From NCBI GenBank assembly GCA_048268245.1, contig JBLWVX010000001.1, positions 128,001-192,000 on the forward strand: a DNA stretch of 64,000 nucleotides, written 5' to 3'. Of the stretch, positions 43,108-52,116 are shown one piece after another (position 1 is the first letter of the stretch; every line of letters starts with the position of its first letter). Origin of the DNA: Arcobacteraceae bacterium (GTDB taxonomy: Bacteria > Campylobacterota > Campylobacteria > Campylobacterales > Arcobacteraceae). The notes under the pieces are model-generated. The model did not search any database, had not been told where the DNA came from, and was given only the letters and a program-made list of their open reading frames with translations. Both the position numbers and the translations under genes were made by a program.

Positions 43108-44007
43108 CTAAAACTCTCTTTCAATCATCGCTTTCATTATAAAAATAAGTGTTTCGCTATCTTTTTCATCTTTTACAGCTTCAATAGCTTCATTACCTAA
43201 ATCTTTAGCTAATTTTATAGAGTCAGCAAGAGCATTTGTTTCTTCCATCATCTGCTTTATCCAAGAACTCTCTTCGTGTGTTAACTCTTTTTTGTATAAT
43301 GACTCTAACTTTGACTTATCTTCTAATCTCTCATGAAGTAATAAATAAGGAATAGTAACCTTACCTTCAACAAAATCAAGCATTGCAGGCTTTCCTAAAG
43401 TATCACTATCTTGTGTAATATCTAAAATATCATCTATCATTTGAAAAGCAAGACCAAGGTTTTTACCATATAAAGCATAATTTTCTTTTGGAAGTCCTGC
43501 TAAAATAGCTGCACTTTTTGCACTAGCTTCTATTAAAGAAGCCGTTTTTTTATAAATCATGTCATTATATTTTTCATATGAAGAGTTAAAACTATTTGTT
43601 AAATCTACATCTAACATTTCACCAATACTTAAAAGCGTAACTGCACTTGAAACAGTATGAGCTATTTCATGTGGCATTGAAGTTAGTTCTGTAAAGCCTT
43701 TTGAATATAAAATATCTCCAAACATAATAGATGTTTTATTATCATATAGAGCATTTACAGAAGGTTGACCTCTTCTAGTATCAGCTTCATCAATCACATC
43801 ATCATGTAAAAGTGATGCTGCATGAATCATCTCAATTATTGCACATAGTTTAACTGACTGTTCAGTAACTCCTGCAATTTTTAAAACTAGTTTAGATCTT
43901 AACATCTTTCCCGTTGCTAATTTATCTAAAAGAACTAAACTCTTTTCATCATTACACTCTTTTACAAATGTTTTTATTTGATCTTTAACTTGTTGTAACT
44001 CTTCCAC
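43108..44007 (-). CDS. ispB: Polyprenyl (octaprenyl) diphosphate synthase
   Basis: GKMLR, HAASLLHDDVIDEADTRRG, KTASL, FQMIDDILD. Confidence 0.9.
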   Translation of the reverse strand: MEELQQVKDQIKTFVKECNDEKSLVLLDKLATGKMLRSKLVLKIAGVTEQSVKLCAIIEMIHAASLLHDDVIDEADTRRGQPSVNALYDNKTSIMFGDILYSKGFTELTSMPHEIAHTVSSAVTLLSIGEMLDVDLTNSFNSSYEKYNDMIYKKTASLIEASAKSAAILAGLPKENYALYGKNLGLAFQMIDDILDITQDSDTLGKPAMLDFVEGKVTIPYLLLHERLEDKSKLESLYKKELTHEESSWIKQMMEETNALADSIKLAKDLGNEAIEAVKDEKDSETLIFIMKAMIEREF

Positions 44008-44017
44008 AAATATTACC

Positions 44018-44320
44018 TTATGAGTCTAATCTACAAATGATCTCACCTGTAAATTCTACATAAAGACCTTTTTTCATAGCTTCTAACTCTTTTTCATTAT
44101 TCATTTTAAACTCTTTGATCTCTTCATTAATATCAAAGTTTTCATCTTTTCCTTGAGATAACATCATCTCTAAAGCTGCTATTTTTTCAACAATTTTATC
44201 CCATTCTTCTTCTACGATATCTTGTGAAGCTTCTCTACTTACATCAAAAAATTTTGATTTTGGACTTCCCATAAAAATATCATCTTCGTCTTCTGTAAAC
44301 CATTCACCGAACATTGACAT
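44018..44320 (-). CDS. DUF2018 family protein
   Basis: DDIFMGSPKSKFFD motif; conserved upstream of ispB-hemA-proS in Campylobacterota. Confidence 0.75.
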   Translation of the reverse strand: MSMFGEWFTEDEDDIFMGSPKSKFFDVSREASQDIVEEEWDKIVEKIAALEMMLSQGKDENFDINEEIKEFKMNNEKELEAMKKGLYVEFTGEIICRLDS

Positions 44321-44344
44321 ATTATTTCCTTTTATTTCTTTTTA

Positions 44345-45637
44345 TTAATTTTTAATTCTAACTCTAACAGATTCTGCGTGTGCTGTTAAACCTTCTGTAT
44401 CAGCAAGTAATGCACAAGCTTCACCTAACTCGTCAATTGCATTTTTTGAGAAGTTAATAATAGAGCTTTTTTTCATAAAGTTTTCTACATTTAAAGGACT
44501 GTAGAATTTAGCCGTACTTCCTGTAGGAAGAGTATGATTTGGTCCTGCTATATAATCACCAATTGGTTCAGGAGTATTCTCACCTAAGAAAATTGCACCT
44601 GCATGCTTAATATATGGTAATAATTCAAATGCGTTTTTTGTCATAACTTCTAAGTGTTCAGGAGCTATTTCATTCATAAGTTCTAAGGCTTCTTCCATTG
44701 TCGAAGTTACAATAATTGCACCTCTATCTTCAATTGATTTTCTAGCTATTTCTTCTCTACTTAAAGTTTTTAAGTAGTTTTCAACTTCAACAGATGTTTC
44801 ATTTGCAATATTTTCATCAGTTGTAATCATAATAGAACTAGCCATTTCATCATGCTCTGCTTGAGATAATAAATCAATTGCTAAATATTTAGGTTTTGCA
44901 GTTTCATCAGCTAAAATCCCAATTTCAGAAGGTCCCGCAATCATATCAATATTTACTTCACCAAAAACTAACTTTTTAGCAGTAGCAACAAAAATATTCC
45001 CAGGCCCTGTAATAACATCTACTTTTGGAATAGTAGCAGTTCCATAAGCCATTGCAGCAACAGCAGAAGCTCCACCTACTTTATAAGCTTTTGAAATACC
45101 ACATAAGTGACAAGCTGCAAGTAATAATTCATTTACTTCATTATCAGGAGTTGGAGTACATACAACAATCTCTTCAACACCTGCAACTATTGCAGGAACT
45201 GCGTTCATTAAAAGTGAGCTTGGATATGCAGCTTTTCCACCAGGGATATAAAGGCCTGCTCTATCAACTGCACTTACTTTTTGACCTAAAATAGTTCCAT
45301 TTGATTCAAAATCTAACCATGATTTAGGAAGTTGCTTTTCATGATAAGCTTTGATTCTGTCATATGCTGTATGTAATGCAGCTTTTAATTTATCATCAAT
45401 GCTATCATAAGCTTTTTTCATCTCATCTTGAGAAATCATTAAGTCAGAATCTTCTTTTACTTCCCACTTATCAAACTTCTCAATATGTCTTTTTAAAGCT
45501 TCATTTCCCTCTTCAATAATCTCATCAATAATTCCTGTAACTATTGAAGATACGCCTTTAATATCACTTTTTGCTCTAGCTAGTATCCCATCAAACTCTT
45601 CTTTAAAGTTTGAGTCTTTTGTATTTATAATTTTCAT
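44345..45637 (-). CDS. hisD: Histidinol dehydrogenase
   Basis: GLYIPGG.AAYPSS, GPGN.FV, DMIAGPSE, SQAEHD, APEHL, GDY.AGPNHTLPT. Confidence 0.98.
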   Translation of the reverse strand: MKIINTKDSNFKEEFDGILARAKSDIKGVSSIVTGIIDEIIEEGNEALKRHIEKFDKWEVKEDSDLMISQDEMKKAYDSIDDKLKAALHTAYDRIKAYHEKQLPKSWLDFESNGTILGQKVSAVDRAGLYIPGGKAAYPSSLLMNAVPAIVAGVEEIVVCTPTPDNEVNELLLAACHLCGISKAYKVGGASAVAAMAYGTATIPKVDVITGPGNIFVATAKKLVFGEVNIDMIAGPSEIGILADETAKPKYLAIDLLSQAEHDEMASSIMITTDENIANETSVEVENYLKTLSREEIARKSIEDRGAIIVTSTMEEALELMNEIAPEHLEVMTKNAFELLPYIKHAGAIFLGENTPEPIGDYIAGPNHTLPTGSTAKFYSPLNVENFMKKSSIINFSKNAIDELGEACALLADTEGLTAHAESVRVRIKN

Positions 45638-46146
45638 TAAATTTGTCCTAATATCTCTTCTACAATATTTTCTAAAGGCTTTTTCTCAACATCTACAACG
45701 ATATCAGCAACTTCTTCGTACTGAGGTACTCTTGAATCGTAAAGCTTTGTTGCTTCATCTAAATTTTGTAGTAGTGGTCTTTTTTTAAGTTTATTAGCAG
45801 CATTTGGAGCAGTATTTATTCTGTCTAAAATCCCTTGAAATGAAGATTTCAAATAAACTACTGTACCAATATTTTTAATATTCTCTTGCTTATAAAAGCC
45901 ACCACCAGTTGAAATAATAGTGTTATTCACACTTTGCTCTAACCATAATGCAGTTTTCTTTTCTAATGCTCTAAAGTATGGCTCTCCCTCTTGGGCAAAA
46001 ATCTTTTTAATTTTTCTATTTTCCATACTCTCAATCAAGTCATCTGTATCAATAGCAAACATATCCGAAGATTTAACTAATCCTCTTGCTACTGTACCCT
46101 TACCAACACCCATAAAACCTATTAATATAATATTCTTCTTTTTCAT
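45637..46146 (-). CDS. aroK: Shikimate kinase
   Basis: LIGFMGVGKGT, DTD, GE.YFR..E, STGGG, RPLL. Confidence 0.95.
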   Translation of the reverse strand: MKKKNIILIGFMGVGKGTVARGLVKSSDMFAIDTDDLIESMENRKIKKIFAQEGEPYFRALEKKTALWLEQSVNNTIISTGGGFYKQENIKNIGTVVYLKSSFQGILDRINTAPNAANKLKKRPLLQNLDEATKLYDSRVPQYEEVADIVVDVEKKPLENIVEEILGQI

Positions 46147-46180
46147 AGTCAAAGATTATATCTAAAAGTTTGTAATTTTC

Positions 46181-48100
46181 TCATAAAGAAAAATTCTTTA
46201 AGATTGTTAGTTTAAAACATGCACCTTTATAGCTCACATCTTTATATTTAAAGCTTTCATTTAAAGCTTCAATATCACCCTTTGCAAATCGTTTTAAAAT
46301 CTGTCTTGACATGTAAAGTCCAATACCTGTACCGTTAGATTTTTCTTTTGTTGTAAAGTGTGATTTAAATATATCTTTTATAATTTCTTGAGGAATTCCT
46401 GAAGCATTATCTTTTATTTTTATAACTACATTCTCATTTTCTTGTTTTGCTTGAACAAAAATATATCTTTTTTCTATACCTTTTCTTTCAAACTCATCTT
46501 TTGCATTATTGAAAATATTTATTATTACTTGTAAAAGTTCATTTTCATATCCAGAAACTTGAATATCATCAATATCTTTGATAATTTCAATACCTTTATT
46601 TTTAAAATGAACACCTAAAAGTTTTTCAACTTTTACAAATAGTTCCTCAACTGTAAAATTTACATATTGTTTGTTTGGATTAAAAAAATCTTTAAAATCA
46701 TCAATTGTGTTAGATAAATACTCTACTGTATGAATAATATTTTCCATACTTTCATCTATTTCTTTTTTATCAATTGAACTAAACTCATTTTTAAATTTTA
46801 AACCTGAGGATTGTGTTGTGATTGCATTTAAAGGTTGTCTCCATTGATGAGCAATATTACCTATCATTTCACCCATTGCTGCCATTTTTGCTTGTTGAGA
46901 TAAAATTAAATCTTTTTCATTATTTTTATTGATTTGGCTGATTAACTCTTTTTTATGTTTCAGAAATTTTAATCTTAATTGTCTTGATAAAAAAAGTGAA
47001 ATTAAAATAAAAATAGAACTTAATAAAATTCCAAATATAAGAATAGTATATAAGCCATCTTGTTTTCTAAGTTTGGCTTCTCTCTCAATATTTTCTAAAT
47101 TTGATTCTAATTCATCCATATAAAAACCAGTTCCAACTGCCCACTGCCAATAATCAAAACCTTTTACATATGTAGTTTTTTTATAACTTTTACCTGTTTT
47201 TGGTTTTACTGTAGAGTTATAGTTTAAATAACCATCACCATTTTTTGCAGTTTTTATTATCTCTTTTGTAATATAAAAAGAGTTGCTATCTTTTAAATCA
47301 AGTCTATTTAAACCTACATAGTTTTTATTTATATGAGATAAATAATTACCTTTATAATCAATTACAAATACATAGTTTTTATTAGTGTAATTTATTTTTT
47401 GAATATAATCTAAAATCTTTTTCTTTAAAGTTTTTTCAAAATCATCCACATACTCACCAGTACCAATAAACCAATCATAAGGTTTAAACTTATAATTGTA
47501 AGTGATTTTTTTAAACTGTATATCAAAAATTTTTGGCTTATTCCAATATAGCTCATAAAAGAACTCATCACTTTTACTTAAACCTTTTAAGATATCTTTA
47601 GAAATAAAGTTTCCTCTTTTATCTTGAAATTCTAAAAGACTTTTTCCCTCAAGTTCAGGCTTCAATGGATGTAAAATATTCACAGCATTTAAATTATATA
47701 TATAAAAATATCCTCTTCCTTTATTGAAAGTGTGTTTTCTTAAAGCATCTTTTATTTTTGTTACTATCTGTTCTTTTGTATGAGTGTCTTTATATTTGTT
47801 ATAGATATGCATCATAATTCTATGAGCTTGTTGCACTTCTTTTTTAAGACTTTTTTTTAAGTTTTCTGTACTACTTAGCTTTTCATAGTTTATGTATTCA
47901 TAAACTATATCCACTTGATTTTTTATATCTTGTTTACTTTTTTCAATAAAACGCTCTTTTAATTTTTTTATGTCTTCTTTGTTTTGAGCATCTTTTTCTA
48001 AAAAATACAAGTAGCTAACTATTGTAATTAAAACAATTACAATTAATGTTGGTGCATATTTTATTAAATTTAGTATATTTTTTTCACTTGTTTGTAACAT
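46181..48100 (-). CDS. Cache-domain membrane sensor histidine kinase
   Basis: Two Cache-like repeats (GYFYIY..HP..PELEGK; W.(I/V)GTG.Y.D), AHQWRQPL H-box, GTGIGL. Confidence 0.9.
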   Translation of the reverse strand: MLQTSEKNILNLIKYAPTLIVIVLITIVSYLYFLEKDAQNKEDIKKLKERFIEKSKQDIKNQVDIVYEYINYEKLSSTENLKKSLKKEVQQAHRIMMHIYNKYKDTHTKEQIVTKIKDALRKHTFNKGRGYFYIYNLNAVNILHPLKPELEGKSLLEFQDKRGNFISKDILKGLSKSDEFFYELYWNKPKIFDIQFKKITYNYKFKPYDWFIGTGEYVDDFEKTLKKKILDYIQKINYTNKNYVFVIDYKGNYLSHINKNYVGLNRLDLKDSNSFYITKEIIKTAKNGDGYLNYNSTVKPKTGKSYKKTTYVKGFDYWQWAVGTGFYMDELESNLENIEREAKLRKQDGLYTILIFGILLSSIFILISLFLSRQLRLKFLKHKKELISQINKNNEKDLILSQQAKMAAMGEMIGNIAHQWRQPLNAITTQSSGLKFKNEFSSIDKKEIDESMENIIHTVEYLSNTIDDFKDFFNPNKQYVNFTVEELFVKVEKLLGVHFKNKGIEIIKDIDDIQVSGYENELLQVIINIFNNAKDEFERKGIEKRYIFVQAKQENENVVIKIKDNASGIPQEIIKDIFKSHFTTKEKSNGTGIGLYMSRQILKRFAKGDIEALNESFKYKDVSYKGACFKLTILKNFSL

Positions 48101-48121
48101 GAAAACATTTTAACATAAGTT

Positions 48122-48982
48122 TCATAACTCTTTGTACTTGTTTTTATACCTTTGTAGCATTGATTCATTTCCTATTAATCCACCTTGGTGAATATAAAGG
48201 TAATTATTATATGCTTTATTATCATTATTTATATATCTTTCAAAAAGCTTCATTCCTAAAGAATCGTATAATAGGTCAAACTTTATGTTTGTCTGTTTTA
48301 AAAGCTCTAAATAAATTTCATAAAATTCTTTGTATAACTTTCCAAAATGATATTTCTTTACTTTTGGCAGAATTGCTGGATGATTAGATTTTTCTAATTC
48401 AAAAAATTGTTTTTTTAAATACTCTTCATCTCCTACACATGCACAAGTGATTACTTCATAAGGTAAGTACTTTTGTAAATATAATGCTGTTGTTCCTGTA
48501 CCACTTGGTAAAAATACCTTTAGGTTTTCTATACTATTTTCTTTGGCCCAAAGTTTTATCTCTTCTGCAAGGATTTTTAAGCCAAATTGAGCTTCTTTTA
48601 AAGCTCCCCCTTCTTTTATAAATAATTCATCATCATTAAAACTTTCTGGTATTTCTTTTTCATAAATATTCATACCATTTTTAAGAGCATACTTATAGTT
48701 TCCAACAGGATTATCTTTTAAAAAAGAAGCAATATGATCTACATAATAATCAAACTCTAAGCCTTTTAATTTTGATAAAACGGATAAAGAGTACATTGCA
48801 TTTGATTGAGCAGAGCCGTGGGATACTATTTTTTTTATGCCTGTTAAATCTTTTTGTAAAAAATAGTAAAATTTTCTTGCTTTATTTCCAGAAAAATCTT
48901 TATGGAGTAAGTCATCTCTTTTTATATAAAAACTATTATTGTTGTATTTGATTTTTTCAATTGGAGAGTTTGTATATTTCAT
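48122..48982 (-). CDS. PLP-dependent ACC deaminase / D-cysteine desulfhydrase family protein
   Basis: IKRDDL...SGNKARK, HGSAQSN, PSGTGTT, HQGG; ATG at 48982 preferred. Confidence 0.85.
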   Translation of the reverse strand: MKYTNSPIEKIKYNNNSFYIKRDDLLHKDFSGNKARKFYYFLQKDLTGIKKIVSHGSAQSNAMYSLSVLSKLKGLEFDYYVDHIASFLKDNPVGNYKYALKNGMNIYEKEIPESFNDDELFIKEGGALKEAQFGLKILAEEIKLWAKENSIENLKVFLPSGTGTTALYLQKYLPYEVITCACVGDEEYLKKQFFELEKSNHPAILPKVKKYHFGKLYKEFYEIYLELLKQTNIKFDLLYDSLGMKLFERYINNDNKAYNNYLYIHQGGLIGNESMLQRYKNKYKEL

Positions 48983-49049
48983 TTTAAAATTGTACCATTT
49001 ATTAATAAAATTTATGTACAATAACAAAAAAACTTACAAGAGGATAAAC

Positions 49050-49520
49050 ATGGATATACTTTTTTATATACAAAAAGGTGGTCTTATTGTCTATATACTA
49101 ATAGCTTTAAATATTATTGGATTTACTATAATTCTATGGAAACTATTTACCCTTCCAAGAAAAAATGCCATGATAAAAAAAATAGATGCTAAACTAGATA
49201 AAAACTCTACAAATTCAGTTTTTTCACAAATAGAGTACGAAGTAAAAAAACTAGAAAGTGGGCTTACATATATAAAAAATATTGCAACTATTGCACCCCT
49301 TTTAGGATTACTTGGAACTGTAATTGGAGTTTATCAATCTTTTGATGTAATCACAAAAAATGGCTTAGGTGATCCTAGTGTTTTCTCAAATGGTATTTCA
49401 ATAGCTTTAATTACAACAATTGCAGGTTTAATCGTAGCAATACCTCATCATATTGCTTACAATCATTTTATCTCACAAATTGACTCTATTGAGTTAAAAG
49501 CAAAAAGTACAATTAAATAG
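49050..49520 (+). CDS. exbB: MotA/TolQ/ExbB proton channel protein
   Basis: IAPLLGLLGTVIG, GIS.ALITTIAGL.VAIP; GAGGA RBS before ATG 49050. Confidence 0.88.
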   Translation: MDILFYIQKGGLIVYILIALNIIGFTIILWKLFTLPRKNAMIKKIDAKLDKNSTNSVFSQIEYEVKKLESGLTYIKNIATIAPLLGLLGTVIGVYQSFDVITKNGLGDPSVFSNGISIALITTIAGLIVAIPHHIAYNHFISQIDSIELKAKSTIK

Positions 49521-49521
49521 T

Positions 49522-49917
49522 ATGAAAAGAAGAGAACCTTTAGGTTTAGACTTAACCCCAATCATAGATGTAGTTTTTATACTACTTTTATTTTTTATAG
49601 TAAGTTCTGTATTTAAAAAAGATGAACTGGCTTTGATACTTGATTTGCCAAACTCAAATGCTAAAGAGTTAAAAGTAGATGAAGAACAAGTTTTTATAGA
49701 ACTTAGTTCAAATAAACTTGCAATAAAAGGAATAGAAGTATCTTTTCAATCACTAGAAGATAATCTAAAAGCTATTGAAAATAAACATAAAGCTGTATTA
49801 GTTAGAATTGATAAAAAAGTTGAATATCAACGAGTTGTGAAAGTTTTAGATTTACTTCAAAAATATGATTTAACAAATCTAGCACTTGTTACAAGTCAAG
49901 AAGAAAAAAAGGATTAA
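49522..49917 (+). CDS. exbD: ExbD/TolR biopolymer transport protein
   Basis: DLTPIIDVVFILLLFFIV, RIDK.V.Y..VV.VLD. Confidence 0.9.
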   Translation: MKRREPLGLDLTPIIDVVFILLLFFIVSSVFKKDELALILDLPNSNAKELKVDEEQVFIELSSNKLAIKGIEVSFQSLEDNLKAIENKHKAVLVRIDKKVEYQRVVKVLDLLQKYDLTNLALVTSQEEKKD

Positions 49918-50297
49918 TTTCCCTCTTCTTCTTTTTTTAATTGCTCATACTCTTCATCTGTAAAAATTCTAGACTTAGTTATAAACTGATAACCCATATC
50001 TATTTCAAGAGAAAAAGAGTTACCAAAAGCTGATTTTTCTTCTCTTACATCAATTGTAATAAAAGAGTGTCTAAAATATTCGAATTGGTCTTTATCTATA
50101 AAAAACTCACATCCACATATTTCACCAAGCTTTACATTTCTACTTGGCACATAAAAATCATCTTTTGCATAACACATAGGAGCTGTTCCATCACAACAAC
50201 CACCACTTTGGTTAAATACTAATTCACCATGTTCTTCTTGAAGTTTTTTGATTACGTCACAAGCTTCTTTTGTAACGTCTACTCTTTTTATTGCCAT
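49914..50297 (-). CDS. DUF779 family protein
   Basis: HG.LVFNQSGGCCDGTAPMCY, FSLE; usual partner of AldB-type aldehyde dehydrogenases. Confidence 0.92.
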   Translation of the reverse strand: MAIKRVDVTKEACDVIKKLQEEHGELVFNQSGGCCDGTAPMCYAKDDFYVPSRNVKLGEICGCEFFIDKDQFEYFRHSFITIDVREEKSAFGNSFSLEIDMGYQFITKSRIFTDEEYEQLKKEEEGN

Positions 50298-50322
50298 AAT
50301 TTATCCTTTTTATATATAAAAC

Positions 50323-50365
50323 AAAAAAGGTACAGAAGGAAAAGGGAGAGAGAACCTTCTGTACC
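50323..50365 (-). terminator. Terminator after aldB with 15-nt C/U-rich loop
   Basis: Minus strand: GGTACAGAAGG-TTCTCTCTCCCTTTT-CCTTCTGTACC-TTTTTT. Confidence 0.8.
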
Positions 50366-50400
50366 ACAATAAGGGGTTTAATTAAGTTTAAAACTATCTA

Positions 50401-51897
50401 TTAAAAGAATCCTAAAGCATCTTTGCTGTAAGAAGTTAAGATATTTTTAGTGTGTCTGTAAGAGTTTAACATCATCATGTGAGTTTCTCTACCGATACCT
50501 GATTTTTTGTATCCACCAAATGATGCATGTGATGGGTATAAGTGGTAACAATTCACCCATACTCTACCAGCTTCAATTCCTCTTGAGAATTTATGTAATT
50601 GGTGAGCATCTCTTGACCATACACCTGAACCTAATCCGTAGATAGTGTCATTTGCGATTTCTAATGCTTCTTCTTCAGTTTTAAATGTAGTTACAGATAA
50701 TACAGGTCCAAAGATTTCTTCTTGGAAGATTCTCATTTTATTGTGACCTTTGAAGATTGTTGGTTGAATATAGAATCCATTTGGATATTTTTCAGACTCT
50801 AAGATATCTCCACCAATTAAACACTCAGCACCCTCTTCTTTACCAATTTTAATGTACTCAGTAATTTTCTCTTTTTGGCTTAATGAACATTGGGCACCCA
50901 TCATGTTTTCAGTATCTAAAGGATCACCTAATTTAATAGCTTTAACTCTCTCTAATACTCTTGCCATAAATGGCTCATAGATATCTTCATGGATTAATGC
51001 TCTTGATGGACAAGTACAAACTTCACCAGAGTTAAATGCGAATAATACTAAACCTTCAATTGCTTTATCAAAGAACTCATCATCAGCATCCATAATTGAA
51101 GGCATAAAGATATTTGGAGATTTACCACCTAATTCTAATGTTGATGGAATAATGTTTTCAGTTGCATATTGCATAATTAACTGACCAGTTGTAGTTTCAC
51201 CTGTAAATCCAACTTTTTTGATGTCTGGGTGAGTTGATAAGTGTTTACCAATTTTTCCACCTGCACCATTAATAATGTTGATTGTACCTGCTGGTAATAC
51301 CTCTGCAATTGTTTCCATTAATACTAAGATTGACATTGGAGTAGCTGATGCTGGTTTCATAACTACACAGTTACCTGCTGCTAATGCAGGAGCTAATTTC
51401 CAAGCTGCCATTAATAATGGGAAGTTCCAAGGAATAATTTGAGCTACAACTCCGTATGGCTCATATACTTCTTGAGAAATAGTGTTTTCATCTAAATCTG
51501 AAACAGTTCCAGACTCAGCTCTAATTACAGATGCAAAGTATCTGAAGTGATCTACAACTAAAGGAACATCAGCATTTAATGTTTCTCTAATAGTTTTACC
51601 ATTATCTAAAGTTTCAGCAATTGCTAATGCTTCTAAGTTACCTTCAATAGCATCTGCTATTTTGTTTAATAAATTACTTCTTTCTACTACAGAAGTATGC
51701 TTAAATGATTCAAAAGCTTTCATAGCAGCTGCAACTGCTGCATCAACATCTTCTTCATTTGATCTAGGAATTCTTGTTAAAGTTTCTCCATCTACAGGTG
51801 AAATATTTTCAAAATACTCTCCACTTTTTGGAGCAAGCCATTCTCCACCAATAAAGTTCTCATATTGAGCTTTGTACTGCGGTTTACTATAAATCAT
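50401..51897 (-). CDS. aldB: NAD-dependent aldehyde dehydrogenase (AldB/ExaC/AcoD type)
   Basis: IIPWNFP, FTGETTTG, TLELGGKSPN, GEVCTCPSR, QEEIFGPV, FGGYKKSGIGRETH. Confidence 0.92.
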   Translation of the reverse strand: MIYSKPQYKAQYENFIGGEWLAPKSGEYFENISPVDGETLTRIPRSNEEDVDAAVAAAMKAFESFKHTSVVERSNLLNKIADAIEGNLEALAIAETLDNGKTIRETLNADVPLVVDHFRYFASVIRAESGTVSDLDENTISQEVYEPYGVVAQIIPWNFPLLMAAWKLAPALAAGNCVVMKPASATPMSILVLMETIAEVLPAGTINIINGAGGKIGKHLSTHPDIKKVGFTGETTTGQLIMQYATENIIPSTLELGGKSPNIFMPSIMDADDEFFDKAIEGLVLFAFNSGEVCTCPSRALIHEDIYEPFMARVLERVKAIKLGDPLDTENMMGAQCSLSQKEKITEYIKIGKEEGAECLIGGDILESEKYPNGFYIQPTIFKGHNKMRIFQEEIFGPVLSVTTFKTEEEALEIANDTIYGLGSGVWSRDAHQLHKFSRGIEAGRVWVNCYHLYPSHASFGGYKKSGIGRETHMMMLNSYRHTKNILTSYSKDALGFF

Positions 51898-51970
51898 TTT
51901 TCATCCTTTTTATTATTTTAATTATTTTGAGAAAATTATTTGCTATGCCATAATTTTTCTGCTTGATGAA

Positions 51971-52024
51971 AGTTTACACGAGAAATATAGCGTGAATTTA
52001 GCCTAAGTATAGCCTGAATATAGC
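51971..52024 (-). promoter_or_regulatory. aldB promoter with four 11-bp-periodic TAGC boxes
   Basis: Plus-strand TAGC at 51988, 51999, 52010, 52021; minus-strand -10 TAAACT at 51971-51976. Confidence 0.75.
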
Positions 52025-52116
52025 AATGTAGTTTTTTGACACAAAATCCCTAAAAATGGTGCTTTTATTACCTTTTTTTTCTTTGTTTTTTTTGATTTAT
52101 TTGCTACAATTTTTTT

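Noticed and set aside
48939..49049. Apparent head-to-head overlap of exbB (from 48939) and the ACC-deaminase-like gene (to 49027)
   Set aside because: Artefact of longest-ORF calling; better starts are 49050 (GAGGA RBS) and 48982 (extended -10)
27119..51868. Short plus-strand ORFs within lptE/leuS, DUF6394, the pentapeptide gene, hisD, aroK, Cache kinase, ACC-deaminase-like gene and aldB
   Set aside because: Antisense shadows of conserved genes
51983..52030. 11-bp repeats considered as a CRISPR array, iterons or VNTR
   Set aside because: Units are short and degenerate, have no spacers, cas or rep gene, and sit at a fixed distance from -10 boxes; best explained as regulator binding sites
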